From the NCBI RefSeq assembly GCF_001194135.2, contig NC_068992.1:45948041-45990135 (forward strand): a stretch of DNA of 42,095 nt, given 5' to 3'. The stretch is from Octopus bimaculoides (lineage: Eukaryota). Below, in pieces: positions 24,890 to 36,019 of this stretch (position 1 is its first letter; each line of letters begins with the position of its first letter). The notes beneath the pieces were generated by a model that saw only the letters and a program-made list of their open reading frames with translations, made no database searches and was not told the DNA's origin. The position numbers and the translations under genes were made by a program.

Positions 24890-25172
24890 TTAGCCATCAC
24901 CCACAAAGGAGTATGACCTGATAGCTTCTACCATACGTTCACTAACTGTTTTAGGCGGCCTTGTTGTCTCAAGTGGACATAAACACACTCTCAGCCCTCT
25001 GAGGGGAACAACAAAGGTGTAACACATGAAAGTAGGAGGGGTGTTTTCCCCTTCAAGTTGACTGGGGAAACAGAAAATGATGTGCATTGCACAAAGACAG
25101 AACACCGCCCAACACTGAGATCAAACCCACAACCTTATGATCATCAGCCTAACACTCTGACCACTCAGCTAT
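24890..25172 (-). mobile_element. tRNA-headed SINE (distinct family)
   Basis: Minus-strand head tagctgagtggtcagagtgttagg..ggtttgatctcag with A/B-box-like motifs. Confidence 0.45.
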
Positions 25173-25179
25173 GTTATAA

Positions 25180-25285
25180 CAAGCAGAATTGTTACCACAT
25201 TGGACAAAATGCTTAGTGGCATTTCTTCTGACTTTATGTTCCAAGTTCAAAGCCATTAATTTCAACTTTGTTTTCCATCCTTTCA
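25180..25285 (+). mobile_element. SINE type C head, truncated
   Basis: gcagaattgttaccacattggacaaaatgcttagtggcatttc..agttcaaa..tcaactttgttttccatcctttc matches the reverse of 5150-5360. Confidence 0.5.
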
Positions 25286-25665
25286 GAGTTGATGCTGAGC
25301 CTCACTGAGGAAAGAACAAGGGACTGGGAGATGTGGCGATTTGCTATACTTGATAAGAAGCATCAAGATAAGTCCTCCACATATACAGTCTTGTCTTTTC
25401 AGATGCCAGTGTCCCATAAAAAGAACTTGTGTCTGCCAGTTTTGTGTAAATGAACTCATGCTGTTGGCATGTAAAAAAACACTCTGCACCCTCTGCTAAG
25501 TGTTTAGCATTAGGAAAGGCATCCAGCTGTAGAAACCATGCCACAACAGTCAGTTGGAATCTGACTGCTCCCAACTAGCCAGCCCCATGTCAAACCGTCC
25601 AACCCATACCAGCATGGAAAGCAGACATTAAATGATGATGTTGATGATGATGATGATGATGAGTA
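25285..25665 (+). mobile_element. SINE type B with (GAT)n tail
   Basis: Aligns with 7558-8000. Confidence 0.7.
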
Positions 25666-26215
25666 GGGCTGGAGGGTCAATGTTTATGACTTACCCTCTC
25701 TTACAAAAATGCTGGCTGTTTGCCAAAATTTGAAACCAATAATGTTACCTACAGCTCACATAAAATATTCTCTACATCATCACTATTTAATAACACAGCT
25801 TATGCTCTTATATATCTGATACCCAACGCTATTACAGTAACAACCGAGATTCTACACTGCTGTAACATATTAATTTTACACAAACCATTTTTATCATACA
25901 TTATACACAATAGGCATTTAATACTGAAACACGTAACATCTATCACACAGCAATTATGTGTAGCATTTAACAATGTAACACAGATACACTGCAATATTCT
26001 CTTACATAATAGAGAAAACATAAAAATAACATAAGAAACAATTAGCTGAACCATCCCCACAGCTAAATGACACGGCTCAACATAAGCAAAACGTAATGTT
26101 GCACATGCCTCCGGAACATGCAGGTGCTTCTGGTAATGCAGTAGAATCTCACATGACATTGTCAAAATATAATAATAATAATTTATTTTCTAATGATAAC
26201 AAAATAATAATTTCC

Positions 26216-26217
<2 letters not shown>

Positions 26218-26291
<74 letters not shown>

Positions 26292-26292
26292 T
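26218..26292. repeat. (AAT)n microsatellite
   Basis: Directly visible; source of the poly-Ile ORF. Confidence 0.95.
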
Positions 26293-26635
26293 GTCATCAT
26301 CACCATTTCCACCATGTGTTCTTTGATGCTGGCATCACTTAGACTGTAAACTTACAGAGCATATTTGGCACAGTGACAGATTGCTAATGTGTGAATTGTT
26401 GGGCAGTTCACTGCAGATGTTGTAACATTTTGAATATCATTTGTGATATGGGGGGAGATACATAATAAATGAGGAAGGGTAAGAGTGTTTTCCCCCTCAA
26501 GCCAAATGGTTATCTCGTTGCCAACTAATGTGTATCTTAGGGAATGTTGATAATGACAACCAAATAAACCAACAGCTTTCATTGTGTGCATGTGTGTGAA
26601 TATATGAGTGTATACAATTGAGTGTGCGTATGTTA

Positions 26636-26696
<61 letters not shown>

Positions 26697-26727
26697 CATG
26701 CATGTCTATGTGTATATATATTTGTGT

Positions 26728-27040
26728 GTGGCTGTGTGGTTAAGAATTTCATTTCATAACCATGCAGTGTTGGGTTCAGCCTCAAGCCAACCAACAGCCT
26801 GGAAGTGAATTTGATAGACAGGAACTGTGTAGTTGCCTGTTGTATCCTTATAGTTATATTTGTCACCCCTCCACTGCTTGACAACCAGTGCTAGATTGTT
26901 TATCTCCTCACAAATAAGACTAAAAGGATAAATACCCAAATTCAAATAAACACCAGGGGAAATTTGTTGAAGTAGACCTACAAGGTGGTACTCCAGCATG
27001 GCTACACTTCAATAACTGTAACAAGTAAATGGGTAAAAGA
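26728..27040 (+). mobile_element. Composite SINE type A (head plus 3' module), diverged
   Basis: Head gtggctgtgtggttaag, then tttgtcacccctccactgcttgacaaccagtgc and aaggtggtactccagcatggc..acaagtaaa, the reverse of the copy at 27066-27475. Confidence 0.6.
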
Positions 27041-27065
27041 TTATATGTATATACGTAGGCGGATC

Positions 27066-27302
27066 TTTCTTTCATCTTTTTTACTTGTTTCAATCATGGG
27101 ACCAAAGCCATACTGGGCCAGCTTGAGTTTTTAGTCGAATGAATTGACCCCAGTAGATATTTTTTTAAGCCTTGTACTTATTCTATCAATCTCTTTGCTG
27201 AACTGCTAGGTTTCAGGGATGTAAGCACACCAGCACCAGTTGTCAAGTGATGGTGGGGAACAAACACACACACACACATGTATAAACGATGATGACGATG
27301 AT

Positions 27303-27347
<45 letters not shown>

Positions 27348-27475
27348 GGCTTCTTTCAGTTCCCATCTAGCAAATCCACTCGCAAGGCTTTCATTAGCCC
27401 GAGGCTATAGTAGAAGACACTTGGCCAAGATGCTGCACAGTGGTTCTAGTTATGTGACACTGGCATTGGCCACAA
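27066..27475 (-). mobile_element. Composite SINE type A with internal (CA)/(GAT)/(TA) microsatellite
   Basis: ttttacttgttttcaatc..gtacttattctatc..accagttgtcaag..(TA)n..ggcttctttcagtt..caaatccactcgcaaggc..ggctatagtagaagacacttggccaag (CORE-like segment). Confidence 0.7.
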
Positions 27476-27479
27476 CTAT

Positions 27480-27590
27480 GATTTCAGTTGGTTTGACAGG
27501 TCTTCTCAAGCATGGCATGTTGTCAAAGGTGTCGGTCACTTGTCATTTCCTCCATGAAGCCCAACGTTTGAAGATCGTAGAATATTTGGG
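27480..27590 (-). mobile_element. SINE type B body fragment
   Basis: Reverse resembles 7558-7635 (gatcttc..gaggaaatga..tgcttgagaag). Confidence 0.4.
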
Positions 27591-27674
27591 CCTGAAATGA
27601 CTGGTTTAAATACTAATGGTTTAATATCTCTTAGTAACATTACCTGGCTGTGAATTTGTCATAGTTACAACAAT

Positions 27675-27718
<44 letters not shown>

Positions 27719-28039
27719 GCATTAGCTGAATTTCACTACAGAAGAGTAAGTTTATATGTCTACATGTAGTGACAAAAATTAGGATAGGAAAGAAGAGTTG
27801 GAACTAAAAGTCTGCCGTCTGACACTGTTGTATTTGCCAAAAAACATTAAGGTAAATATAAATAAAAGCTCTCGTTTCAGGGATTTCAGAAAATACCAGA
27901 ATTGGATAAAACATGCAAACCAGTGAAACATGTAAAATAAATATACAAAATGGAAAAACAACAAATTAAATAAAATTGAAAGCTTGTAGAAATTGCATTA
28001 TATTTAATGGCTTCTGTTGATATGTTCAAGATAATCATC

Positions 28040-28195
28040 ACTATAATCATTGTCATCATCATCTTCATTGTTGCTATTGTCCCCTTCATCATTGTTGTCC
28101 TTGCTATCATTCTTCTTCTTCTTCTTCTCCTTCTTCTCCTCCTCCTTCTTCTCCTTCTCCTTCTTCTTCCATCATCAGCATCATCATCATCTACT
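28040..28195. repeat. (ATC)n/(CTT)n/(CTC)n triplet tract
   Basis: Directly visible; source of the poly-Leu/poly-Phe ORFs. Confidence 0.9.
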
Positions 28196-29340
28196 ATCTT
28201 TAATGTTTGTTGATCACGAAATCTATTTTACTAACAAATTTCTAATTAAGAATTGTTGAAATTTAATTTTCACCGAAACACACAGAAGAATTTATTATCA
28301 CTTCACCTTTTTCCGTTTCCTATAGAAAAAGCAGGAATTTTTAATTTTTTCCAATAATTCAACAGTTAAACTGGAATCAGCCTTTTCAGAACTCATTTAC
28401 ATAAATCAAATGAAAAATTGTTTAAAATGAAAAGATCAGCTCTATGCTTTAACCTAAAGGGTTTTGTCTTTTAATTATTTTATTTGCATTTCTTTCCATT
28501 TTGTTTTAACTGTCTTTTTATTTAATTTTTCTGTTTTTGTGTTGGTCTTACATTTAGAATTTACTGATTTTCTTTCAGTGATATTCTTACACTTGTATTA
28601 ATAGTATTAAAGAATAAATAACTGTACAATATGCTGGCATATGACCTGCTCCTATGACCCACTATAGTAATAGCGACAATTATTTCGGCGTTTCTATAAG
28701 GATTGTGTAGCCAGCAGACTTCAGCTTGTTTTACAGTCGCATATGTTAGACGCATCACGATTGCACAGCAGTGTGACAGCTCATAGTGCTTGTCTCAAAC
28801 ACCAATGACAAGTTTATGTAGTTGCATAAATTTATCAGAATGTTACAATATTTTTCATTATGTTGGAGTTTTCTTTTAGATATTTTTATAAAAGCAAACT
28901 ACAAATATAAAAAAAAGAGAAGAAAATGAAGCTGAATTTGAGAAAATCCACAATTAAATCACGCTAAAAATATTTAAGCATATAAGCATATATACACATA
29001 TATATGCATACATACACGCACATACATATTTTTATGTATGTAGGTATGTATTTATGTATGTATGTATGTATGTATGTATTTGTATATATGATATAAAATT
29101 TTGAAACAAAAAAGTGTTTTCAGCTTTTTAGTGAAATTTAATGATAAAACCAAAATTCTAAGATTTTCTGAGCCCTTTTTTTTTTCACTTTACATATCCC
29201 TTTCTATGCATAATAAAAATATGCAAATGATATTATATTTCAGTTTAATCTCATGATGAGGAAGGCTTTCAACATTAACTTTGTTTTGTTATAGATATCA
29301 TGTAGATAGCTAGAAGAATACATACGTACATATATATATA

Positions 29341-29591
29341 TTGGGTTGGTGCATAATTGTTGCAGTTTTTTTACAACAAATTTTATTCAACAAAAACAAT
29401 AACAATATTTGTCAAAATCATCTTTAAATTACGGTCTGACCATCTGCCAAGCAAATGGGAAGCAGTAATTGATGTAGATGGCGAATATGCTCCGGAATAA
29501 TCATTTAAAGATGTTTTTGTTACATGCTGTTATTGTTTTTGTTGAATAAAATTTGTTGAAAAAAACTCGCAATAATTATGCACCAACCCAA
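29341..29591 (+). mobile_element. 251-bp mariner-derived MITE
   Basis: TA on both sides; ~64-bp TIRs starting TTGGGTTGGTGCATAATT (1 mismatch, 2 indels); interior encodes DHLPSKWEAVIDVDGEYAPE*, resembling the mariner transposase C-terminus LP.RW..VI...GEY. Confidence 0.9.
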
Positions 29592-29671
29592 TATATATTT
29601 GTGTGTATGTGCATGTGCGCCTGTGTGTGTGTATGTGTGTGTGTATGCATGCATGTGTGTGAGAAAGAGAA

Positions 29672-29900
29672 GGCATGTAGTGCAGTAGTTACAATGCGAT
29701 GCTTATGATTGCCAAATCATGGATTCAGTTCTTAGACTGGTGATACTTGGATTCTTGAGCAAAACATCTCATTTCATATTGTTCTAGTTCATTCTCCTTT
29801 AACCCTGCAATGAACTGGCATTCTGTTCAGGGCGGATGTTACCCTGCCTACTTAACTTGCCGGGTGGAATCATTCGAAAGCTACTATAATGGAATGTATA
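29672..29900 (+). mobile_element. Old tRNA-headed SINE with Meta/V-like central motif
   Basis: Decayed head, CORE-like cttgagcaaaacatc, and aaccctgcaatgaactggcattctgttcaggg ~ aaccctgcgatggactggcgtcccgtccaggg (recalled). Confidence 0.4.
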
Positions 29901-30222
29901 GGAACATCCAATAGTCTGGTGAATACAGTGAAATACTGAGAAAAAAAGTCACCAGAATTTTGGAAAAAAAAATCTTTTTATTTCTTCATTATCATTAGCG
30001 CTTTCGTTCCTAACTTGAACTTGTCAAATAAAATTTTGTGAATGAATAAGCAGCTTGTTCATTTATATAAGACAGATGTTTTGGAGGGGTTTTGTTTAGA
30101 AGAGAACATTGTTTTTGTTTTTTGGGGTGAGATTCCATGACAATGAAGATGTATAGATGTATAGGTAGATAGGGTGATAGATAGATGCATTTTCTCTTTC
30201 TCTCATTTGTTATATACTTGTT

Positions 30223-30357
30223 ATACGCATGGAGGAATTTATTATACACATGGAGGAATTTCAGAAGTAAATCCATCATTTGCTATACACATGGAGGAAA
30301 TTCAGAAGTAAATCCATCATTTGCTATACACATGGAGGAAATTCAGAAGTAAATCCA
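30223..30357. repeat. 41-bp minisatellite (~2.8 copies plus an 18-nt partial)
   Basis: ATACACATGGAGGAAATTCAGAAGTAAATCCATCATTTGCT at 30244, 30285 and 30326; partial copy at 30223. Confidence 0.95.
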
Positions 30358-30430
30358 GTGGCATTTATATTTATACTCTTGATGACATCAGGTAGCCACA
30401 GACAGTGAATGTGCTTTAACTGGCAAACTA

Positions 30431-30470
<40 letters not shown>

Positions 30471-30981
30471 TGTACTTCTGCACACAATATAGTATAAAAA
30501 TATTTTCACATAATGATTTTGATTCAGTCTTTCCGCATATTACACCTTCACTTATGATTAAGACACTGAATATTTCTTTATCCACTTTCACTCCACTGCT
30601 GGCACCCCTATATGACTGATGAAGTATCATATGATACAGTTTTCACAGTTCTGCAGCCAAGATTTTGTCATTTTGAATTGATTGAGCTGGGAAGAAGAAT
30701 AATAGCAATGATAACATAACTAGACAAGTGCTAACTTTGTTTCTCTGTAGTAACATGTCATTCAAATGCATATTATGTCTCAGTAACAATTTTTACGTTA
30801 TAATGACATTGTACACGGAAATATGTAAATAATCTTCTTATGTATTTATTTTGCAAGATTCCTGATGTGAAATCCTGTGTTATATATGTTATATTTCTGG
30901 ATGGTCGGCTTTTTGGGGGGGAAGCAGGGTGCCAAATGAACACACACACACACATTACATATACCTTCTTCATTTCAGCTC

Positions 30982-31360
30982 TATTATTATTATTATTATT
31001 ATTATTGTTCAGTACTTTTATTTTTATAACGTGCTTTCACTTCACTACCGAGCACAGCTCTGTGTGCCTTGGGTATGTGCTGTGGTTTGCTGTGGTGCTC
31101 TTATGTTTACTGTATTGAAAGTGTTTTGCAGAGAATGTGTGCAGTACCCAGTAGTGCAATTTTCTGTATGTTATATATATTTGTAAGTCCTGGTGTTTTT
31201 GTTATGTATTTGTCTGAATATTTTTTTATTATACCTAATGCACCTACTATGATAGGAATTGTTTCTGTTTTTAGACTCCACATTCGAGTTATCTCTATTT
31301 CCAGGTCTTTGTATCTTGAAAGTTTTTCCATTTCTTTTAGAGAAATTATTATTATTATTA

Positions 31361-31412
<52 letters not shown>

Positions 31413-31425
31413 CATTATTATTATT
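30982..31425 (-). mobile_element. 5'-truncated R4/Dong-like LINE embedded in (TAA)n
   Basis: Uninterrupted frame SLKEMEKLSRYKDLEIEITRMWSLKTETIPIIVGALG..QKIALLGTAHILCKTLSIQ*, ~100-nt 3' UTR, (TAA)n at both junctions. Confidence 0.9.
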
Positions 31426-32019
31426 TTGGTGTCCTTTGTCTTAAATCTTTCATCACACAACCTGTGACCTCTTCATCCCATAAAATATACCAAAATGTTC
31501 TCTTCTTCTAGTGATAAATTCAAATTCTGTGATTTGCACAGCTAACTGTGGTCACTCTTTTCAACCATTCTTCAGGGGTTTGAAGCCAGAACATAAACAA
31601 AGAAAAAAATCGTTCACTCTTCACCACACCTTTAGGCAGCTTTCTCTCTTGTATGTGTCAACAACATGATATGTATACTGCAGGCCAAAAGCAAACTGCT
31701 AATTTCTTTTTTTTTAAATAACTTGCCCTATAAAATGACAATGCTCTATGATGTCTTTTAGAGTGTCAGGCATAATGGTTTGTGGTATTTCTTCCAAGTC
31801 TATATATTCTGAGTTCAAATACTGCCAAAGTCAACTTTGTCTTTGAATACAATAAACAAAGTTTTTCCATGGGTTAGATGAACATATATTGGTATCTATC
31901 ATGGGTTAGAAAAGATTGCAAATGAATGAAACCACCTGTCTCACAGTGAGGTTTGATTGCAATTAATGTACATTGTCAATGGAAGCATCTTCCTGTTTCT
32001 TGTTTTGGTCAAGTTGGCA

Positions 32020-32320
32020 TTTTGTAAAAGACACTTGTCCAAGGTGACATGCAGTGGAATTGAACCTGAATTCATATAGTTGTGAAGCAGACTTTTTAAC
32101 CATGCCTGCCCTAGGAAACTCTGAAGGAAACATGCATACACATATTCCTCCATTCATACATCATGAGCTTTGAACCAGTTTCTTTCAAGTAAATTCCACT
32201 CAGAAGATATTGGCACAGCTGAAGCTATGGTAGGGGATATTTGCCCAAATTGCTCTCCAGTAGATTGAACCTAGAACCACGAGGTTGTAAGGCAAACTTC
32301 CTTACCCCACATCCATGTCT
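32020..32320 (-). mobile_element. Two SINE type A head fragments
   Basis: agacacttgtccaaggtgacatgcagtggaattgaacc and atttgcccaaattg..ttgaacctagaaccacgagg..cttaccccac. Confidence 0.5.
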
Positions 32321-32920
32321 GCTTCTATATTTATTTCCTATTTTTCTTAAAGAATTCACATGATAAGGTGTTGCAGAAATATGAGATAACCTGCTGAATG
32401 TATGAGGATAAATAAAAATATTGTAAACAGAAATATTTTCTGGAAAACAATGAAAGCATAAAATGTTTAAAGATAATAACGGCAAAAACAAAATATTATT
32501 GTATTCAGAAGTGCGGAAGAATGTGACGATTGGAAGAGACAGAACTGTTTGAAACTTGGTTTGGAAACCAATTTACATTCCAAATCTATATTGATCTATC
32601 ATATAATATATCAAATCAGATGTGTTGTGTGTGTTTAGAAAGTGAAATAGAGGAAAGAGGAAAACAGAGAGAGAGAGAGAGAGAGAGAGCAAGAAATATA
32701 AAAAGTGAGTGATGGAAGAACATATGTTGTTACAAAGAGCAGACAAAATATTGTGTGAAGTACAGACAGACAAAGGGATAGAAAAAAAACAATGTTATAG
32801 TGTGTGTTACTGATGTATTTATGGCGTATAATATTCAGGTTATATCATATAAGTATTTGTATGTATATGTATATCTATATGTGTGTGTCTGTTTGAATAT
32901 ATATATATGTATATAGATAG

Positions 32921-33081
32921 ATCATCATCATCACCATCGACATGAACGTTTAATGTCAGCTTTCCATGATGGCATGGGTTGGATGGTTTGACTGAGGGCT
33001 AGCAAGCCAGAAGGCTACACCAGGTTCCAATCTGATCTGGCAAAGTTTCTACAGCTGGATGCTCTTCCTAATGCCAACCAC

Positions 33082-33085
<4 letters not shown>
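32921..33085 (-). mobile_element. SINE type B 3' end
   Basis: (ATC)n, then ttccatgatggcatgggttggatggtttgac..ttctacagctggatgctcttcctaatgccaaccac. Confidence 0.7.
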
Positions 33086-33112
<27 letters not shown>

Positions 33113-33244
33113 NNNNNNNNNNNNNNNNNNNNNNNNNNNNNNNNNNNNNNNNNNNNNNNNNNNNNNNNNNNNNNNNNNNNNNNNNNNNNNNNNNNNNNNN
33201 NNNNNNNNNNNNNNNNNNNNNNNNNNNNNNNNNNNNNNNNNNNN
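33113..33244. other. Assembly gap (132 N)
   Basis: Run of N between (CA)n and (TA)n. Confidence 1.
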
Positions 33245-33302
33245 ATATATATATATATATATATACATATGTATATAAGTACACACACACACACACACAC
33301 AT

Positions 33303-33512
33303 CTTTTACTTGTTTCAGTCATTAGATTGCAGCATTGGTAGCGCCTTGGAGAGTTTTAATCGAATGAATCAATCCCAGTACTTTTATCTATTTTAAGACT
33401 GGTAATTATTCTATCAGTCCCTGTAACTTAGTGCTGAACTACTAAGTTGCAGGGACATAAGCAAACCAACACCAGTTGTCAAGTGGTGGTGGAGGATAAA
33501 TAGAGACACAAT
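33303..33512 (-). mobile_element. SINE type A 3' module
   Basis: Aligns with 27075-27270. Confidence 0.65.
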
Positions 33513-33601
33513 GATGCACACAGACACACTCACAGATATATATGTAACAATTGATGGACAGGTGTCAATTAATTGCAGTCAAGGAAGAACATGCAGTTTC
33601 A

Positions 33602-33635
<34 letters not shown>

Positions 33636-34082
33636 GAATAAATGCAATGGGCTTAGTGGTTTGTATTTTGGTCTCACTATAGTTATTGCTTCGAGTTCCA
33701 TATCACTATTTCACACCAAATGTTTCGAATCTGGAACCAATGAACATTCTCCCTCTTATTAGCTGGAATTTTATTTAGCTAGACAACTCTTATTTCCCTT
33801 GTTTTGACCAGCAAATACATTTAATTTGATTTGCTGAGAAATTAATGAAAAATCGCTGAATGTTTTCAATAAAGAAATATGATATTATTACTTTTCTGTA
33901 ATTTACTGCTTCATATTTTCACAGTTGCCTTGGAAGATATAAAATAATCAAACCACCGTTGAGATTGTGTCTAAGACACAAATGCTAATTCCTTATGCAA
34001 TTATGATGCTTCAGTTTTCCATAAGAGAAATGGTAGCTAAATGATCCGTGTTGCATTCATTCATTCATTCATTCATTTGTAC

Positions 34083-34435
34083 AAATGACCAAGATACCTG
34101 GTGCTTACTGAAGAAGACCCATTCTCCACAGTGAAAGTGTTAATGCTGTTCTCTCTGCTGAAGAGCCCTGTGCCAGTGTTACATAAAAGGTGCCTGTGCT
34201 GGTACCATGTAAAAGCCCTCATGTTGATGCTATGTAAAAAGCACCCAGCACACTCTGTAAAGTGGCTGGCAGTAGGAAGGGCATCCAGCTATAGAAACCC
34301 CACAAAATCAGACTGGAATCTTGTGTAACCCTCCTGCTTCCCAGCTCAGTTCAAACCATTCAACTCAAGTCAGCATGAAGAACGTACTTTAAATGATGAT
34401 GATGATGATGATGATGTTGACGAGGATAATGATGA
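34083..34435 (+). mobile_element. SINE type B with (GAT)n tail
   Basis: Aligns with 7558-8000. Confidence 0.65.
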
Positions 34436-34799
34436 TATATACATACGAACATGCATACATATTTAATTGTTTATTCATTTTTTTATTTCCTCATCATTGA
34501 TTTCCATGCTTGCATGAGTCAGAAGGAATTCATTGAGGTAGATTTTCTTGGGTGAGATGCCTTTTCTGTCACCAACACTCACCTATTTCCTAGAAAGATA
34601 TTATTTCTTCATGTCAGATGTGTTTTTCTCATGGAAGACTGGAAACAAACAACATAGCTTGTATGATGATGGCAATATTCATTTACAAATATTGTGATGC
34701 CAAGACAAGAGTAAGCAGAAACATATATATATAGTTACATATACATGCATAATTGATCTGTCTGTCTGTCTGTTTGTCTACACACATACACACACACAC

Positions 34800-34955
34800 A
34801 ATGGACATATTTCAGTTTCCATCTACCAAAGCCACTCTCAAGTCTTTGGTCAGCACAGGGCTATAGTAGAAGACACTTCCCTAAACTGATGTACAATGGG
34901 ACTGAACCTAAAACCACATGCTTGGGAAGCAAGCATCTTAACATCACAGCCATGC
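34800..34955 (-). mobile_element. SINE type A 5' part
   Basis: ttcagtttccatctaccaaa..gggctatagtagaagacactt..gggactgaacctaaaaccacatgcttgggaagcaagc. Confidence 0.6.
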
Positions 34956-35949
34956 TTGTACATTATATGAAAGTATGTATATATGAATGTATGTATGTGT
35001 TTATGTGTGTATACATGTATGTATATCATTATTCAGCTTTATTTCAAGATTTCTTGCCAATAGAGAAAAAGCCGGCCTCTAACCTAGATTTAAGGTTTCT
35101 TCATTGGAATTTCAACAACAACAGGGTATTTTCGCATGTCTGTCTGTATCTATGTATGTATGTATGTGTGGTTGTGTGTGGGTAAGTACATATGTATATG
35201 TATGTATATGTGTATTATGTATATATGTGCATGCAAGATTTGAAAAACTGGTGTAAAATAATGAAGAATTATGGTGGTATTGAATGTTTTTCTCTAAAAG
35301 AAAAGAAAAGCCAATGACCATTCTGTTTGGGAAGAAAATCAAAATTTGTTACTTTAGCACGTCATATGCAGCTTGTGTGCAGCATGAGAAATAGAGACAA
35401 GAGAGATTTAGTGATAATGGTTGGAGTTATGATATAAATCTTTCATAAATTCTGTAAGGGCACAAACATAACCAATGTTTATGTGATGAAAGAACATTAA
35501 GTCATGTTGTTATGTGGAGTGACTGCAACACAAGCATTTCAATGGTTTATTCAAGCTGTTTGTTATTTACAAAAGTATTGAATGCCCAAAGATCTATTAT
35601 TAGAATATTAATTAATTTATCAAAGCAGCAACTAAGGAAATGCAGTATATCCTTATTTATGCTAAATGTAAAATGTAATCATTTCTTCCCCTCTATTATT
35701 TTGTCAGCTTGCTGTCTAATTTGTGGTTTTATGATATCTATCTTGACCTGATGGGGACTACAAAAATACTCATGAAAATAAAAAATATTCTACTACCACA
35801 TGCATGTGTATGTGTGTGTTCGTTTTAAATAATTAGTCACCCCATCTTTGTATTCCAAGTTCAAATTCTACCAGAGACAATTTTGCTTTGCCACACTCTA
35901 GAATTGGTCAAATACTTACTAGGGAGTGGGTGGTATTTGTTTGCATGAA

Positions 35950-36019
35950 GACTGGGAATCGAAACCACGATCCTATGACTGCGAGTCCGTTGCCCTAACC
36001 ACAAGGCCATTGCGCCTCC
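35950..36019 (-). mobile_element. SINE type D head only
   Basis: Reverse reads ggaggcgcaatggccttgtggttagggcaacggactcgcagtcataggatcgtggtttcgattcccagtc, close to 19633-19700. Confidence 0.65.

Noticed and set aside
25720-26165. Opposing 104-aa and 121-aa ORFs
   Set aside because: Compositionally biased (G-poor plus strand), no recognisable domain, no splice support.
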